Shown here in pieces: positions 60,546 to 64,000 of a stretch of 64,000 nt of DNA. A program made the translations under genes and the position numbers. Origin of the DNA: the human T2T-CHM13v2.0 reference genome, Homo sapiens; the NCBI RefSeq assembly GCF_009914755.1, contig NC_060947.1, one strand, 5' to 3'. Position 1 is the stretch's first letter, and every line of letters begins with the position of its first letter. The notes beneath the pieces are model-generated. The model made no database searches and was not told the DNA's origin. It saw nothing but the letters and a program-made list of their open reading frames with translations.

Positions 60546-61256
60546 CAAGCTGGATTATATAGGTATACAGGCAAATTTGGGAAATAATGAAATATCTGGT
60601 GTGGCTAGAATATATAAGGGAATGTGGGAGTTGAGGGAGGGGGTGAGGAGCAGCTGCAGAAAATCTGTGGAATGTTTCACTAATTTGCATGTTAATGTTT
60701 CAATATCTGATCATTTGCATTTGATTTTAGAAAAAGAAATAATTCCCTTTTTCCTGCCTTTCTGAGAAGATCCTGGAATAGGTACAATAATAACTTAAGT
60801 TTTTAAAAACTTATGACCCCATAATGTGGAGGGGGAAAAACAAAACAAAACAAAAAGGAATTAAAATCAATTATCAATGCAATCATTTTTTACTTGCAAT
60901 TACTTTAAAACATCATAAGTCATGAATATTTATCACCTTGCTTTCCAGACAATATACCAGGACCCAACCAATGATAAGAGAACAGCTGTCTGAAGCAAAT
61001 ATGCAGAAGAGTACGAAATAAAAACGACAGCTTTCATGTTGAATCATAACTATATTGTGTTTGGAGAGTTCCATGTTTTCTTATTCCAGAAAACATTGCC
61101 AAAATCTGCATATACCTTGAAAACTCATTACCTATAAAATTAAATCTTGTTAAATGATCTATAAATGTGTTGAGTAGTGTTACAAAATAAAAGGAAGTGT
61201 TTTGCAATTAAGATTGAATTTTTAAGCAGTACAAACCAACAGTGATTTCACGATAT

Positions 61257-62042
61257 TTCTTTTCTTTTTTTTAAGTAGGAGTCTCAGGCTGGGCATGGTA
61301 GCTCACGCCTGTAATCCTAACACTTTGGAAAGCTGAGGTGGGTGGATCACTGAAGGCCAGGAGTTCAAGACCAGCCTGGCCAACATGGTGAAACCCTGTC
61401 TCTACTAAAAATACAAAAAATTAGCCAGGTATGGTGGTACAAGCCTGTAATCCTGGCTACTGGGGAAGCTGAGGCACGAGAATCACTTGAAGCCAGGAGG
61501 CAGAGGTGGCAGTGAGTCAAGATCACACCACTGCACTCCAGCCTGAGACGCAGAGCGAGACTCTGTCTAAAAAAAAAAAAAAAAGGAAGGAAGGAAGGAC
61601 GAACGGAAGGAAGGGAGGGAGGGAAAGAGGGATGAAGGAAGAGAGAGAAGAAAGAAAGAAAGAGAAAGAAAGCAAGAAAAGAAGAAAAAAGAAAGAAAGA
61701 AAGGAGGGTGGGAGGGAGGGAAGGAAGGAGAAGAAGAAAGAAAGAAAGAAAGAGAAAGAAAGAAAAGAGTCTTGCTCTGTCACCCAGGCTGGAGTGCAGT
61801 GGCTCTATGACAGCTCACTGTAGCCTCCAACTTCTAGGCTTGAGGGATCCTCCTGACTCAGCCTCCTGAGTAGCTGGGACTACAGGTGTGCACCACCATG
61901 CCCTGCTAATTTTTAAAATTTTTTGTAGAGACAGGGGTCTCATTTTCCTGCACAGGCTGGTTTTAAACGCCAGGCTTCAAGCAATCTTCCCCCTTCACCT
62001 CCCAAAGTGTTGGGATTACAGGCGTGAGCCACCTACTGGCCT
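61257..62042. mobile_element. AluS (+, 61287-61584) with a ~180-bp (GAAA/GGAA)n tail, inserted near the tail end of an antisense AluJ (61766-62042)
   Basis: T-rich tail at 61257-61272 lies left of the AluS; the AluJ body resumes after the purine tract. Confidence 0.85.
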
Positions 62043-62530
62043 CCTGGTATTTCTATAAAGCCTTCAGGGCAATCATTGAAATTACCTATTTTAGGGATCC
62101 TGGAAAAGAACTGTACCTTGCAATGAGATTTAAGATATTGGTTTTAAGTTTGTAGATGTTACTGTTTAAGCAAATACTTTCCATGGAGTACCAAAGCATT
62201 ACAATTAATTTGATGGTTTATAATAGGAATAAGTGAAAATATAAAAATTAGCTATGAGCATAGCACTTTCATTTTATATAATTTTTAAATAATTAAAAAT
62301 CTGTGTATTTCTTGAATTTATATAATACTTTACGCTTTCATACACATTATAAATTATGTATCAGTTTCCCTTTTAGAAATGAAACTCTTATTTCTAATTA
62401 TTTATAAAATGCTATAAGGCATCTGGAAAAAATTACAGTACTACTGATAAGCATTCAATTAGCCCAATTTTCTGACCTGCACTTTGGAAGCTGAGCTGTT
62501 CCAAATCTTCAGAGCCTTTTCCTTCCTCCA

Positions 62531-62566
<36 letters not shown>
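62531..62566. repeat. Poly(A) run of ~36 nt with no attached SINE
   Basis: Directly visible. Confidence 0.9.
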
Positions 62567-62569
<3 letters not shown>

Positions 62570-64000
62570 GTTGATATAAATGTTAATGAAGGTATTGATT
62601 CATTTTTTAAAAATAATATATTTAATTCAAAATGGAAAACAAGGCACAGGAAAGACCTTAATGTTCTGAATCATTTCCGGTAAAAAAAAAAAGATACATA
62701 TTACTATTTTAAATATTGCAAGAGAAATTCAAAAGAAGAAAGAATCCTTGACAACTGGTTCTCATCTTGCACATCCATTCTGTGCATCTGGGGAGCTCCA
62801 ATACATAAGTATACGTTGCTGGGAGCTAGGAGAGGCTGGTATTTACATTCAGATTTAAGGGAAGTATTGCCAACCCTTTGCAATCTGTTACCTATGCTTC
62901 TCTCCTTTGTGGGATTTCTCTTCTGTAAAAGCTGAAATTCACACTAATCCTGAGCGATTATGCCATTTTAATGAGCAGTACCTGCTTTGATGAAGGTAAA
63001 AAAGAAATTGGAAAGGTTATTAAAAAGCTGCAATTTATTTATCAGCTTTGATGAAGAGAAAAGAAAGGATCTGTTCCTTTAACAGAACAAAAAGATCGTA
63101 TATACTCAAAGATCAGGTAAGGGAGAAAGGAGACTTAAGGAAGCAAAGCAAATGAAGCCTTTCCATTGTGTGGCAGAATTACCTGACAAGGGACCTCTTT
63201 GCAGACATTGAATTGTTCCTAATGATGTGAATAATTTACTCCAGCCTCCCAAGGAATAATAGAGTGACTTTCATGTCTCTTACAATCAGAGTTATTAATT
63301 AGACAGCAGGTTCAAGGAGCAGCTCAAATAAAGAATCTTTGCATTCTGTGATCTGTCTGGGGTACTGTCTCAAAACTAACAAATCATCTCTCCACTGAGG
63401 TGCTATTCAGATTTTCTATGCCTTACCTTGCTTCCTCATCAACCCCTTATCTTGGATTAGATCCTTAAGGCTTGGATTTTTCATTTCCTTTGGTTGACAA
63501 GGTTCCTGACCTTGGTCAGTCCAGTACTGGCCCTATACTTCTGCGTAGGTGCAAGACTTTGAAACACACTTATACCCTACTGAGCCAGTACCCTACTGTT
63601 GACGTCACTTCTATAGAACACTGACAGCTGAAAGGGACTCCACCCTACTACATGACATCCGTTATGGAAATGTCTCTGAAGTGCATCATTATGTAGTATA
63701 TTTGCAAAGCCACATTTAAAAAGGAAATATATAAAAAGAAAATTATAATCCTCAAAAGGCCACCTGTTAAAGTAACTTTATAAAAGGACTTGAAAAAGCA
63801 AAAGATTAGGGCAAGTCATTTTGCTGTTGCAGGGCTCAGTTTTACTCATCTGTACTGTGAGGGAAGTGGTCTATAATATTCCTTCTAATACAAATATCCC
63901 ATGGTTTTAATTATCAAATTATTTTACTTTTAAAATTTGATGCTTCAAAAGACCCTAAATTAAGTAAAATTGAATGAAATGCCAGCCGTATGCTTTGAGT

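Noticed and set aside
62440-62566. Orphan poly(A) as a processed-pseudogene tail
   Set aside because: No upstream AATAAA, no TSD and no recognisable coding sequence.

Overview
This is primate (human-like) genomic DNA, not prokaryotic. It is AT-rich, largely non-coding and packed with Alu (J/S/Y), L1, L2, MIR, MaLR and DNA-transposon fossils. I see no credible cellular protein-coding gene; almost all ORF-track calls fall in Alu, L1, ERV or low-complexity sequence. Two proviruses dominate. (1) An internally deleted, 3'-truncated HERV9 on the minus strand (~20057-24303). Its LTR12 lies head-to-head with a near-identical solo LTR12 only 273 bp away, and both are nested in an older ERV1 LTR. (2) A two-LTR Harlequin/HERV-E-type mosaic provirus on the minus strand (52108-60027, CTCT TSD, tRNA-Glu PBS). 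It shows a G-to-A hypermutation signature and a recent 201-bp tandem duplication in its leader. The most unexpected non-TE structure is a local inverted duplication (37741-38174 vs 39358-39764) with a perfectly identical core, plus a nested second inverted repeat. This is a candidate template-switch product and a candidate ~1.2-kb invertible segment. I found no evidence for a new multi-gene system. Subfamily names come from recalled consensus sequences; boundaries not anchored by TSDs are approximate.
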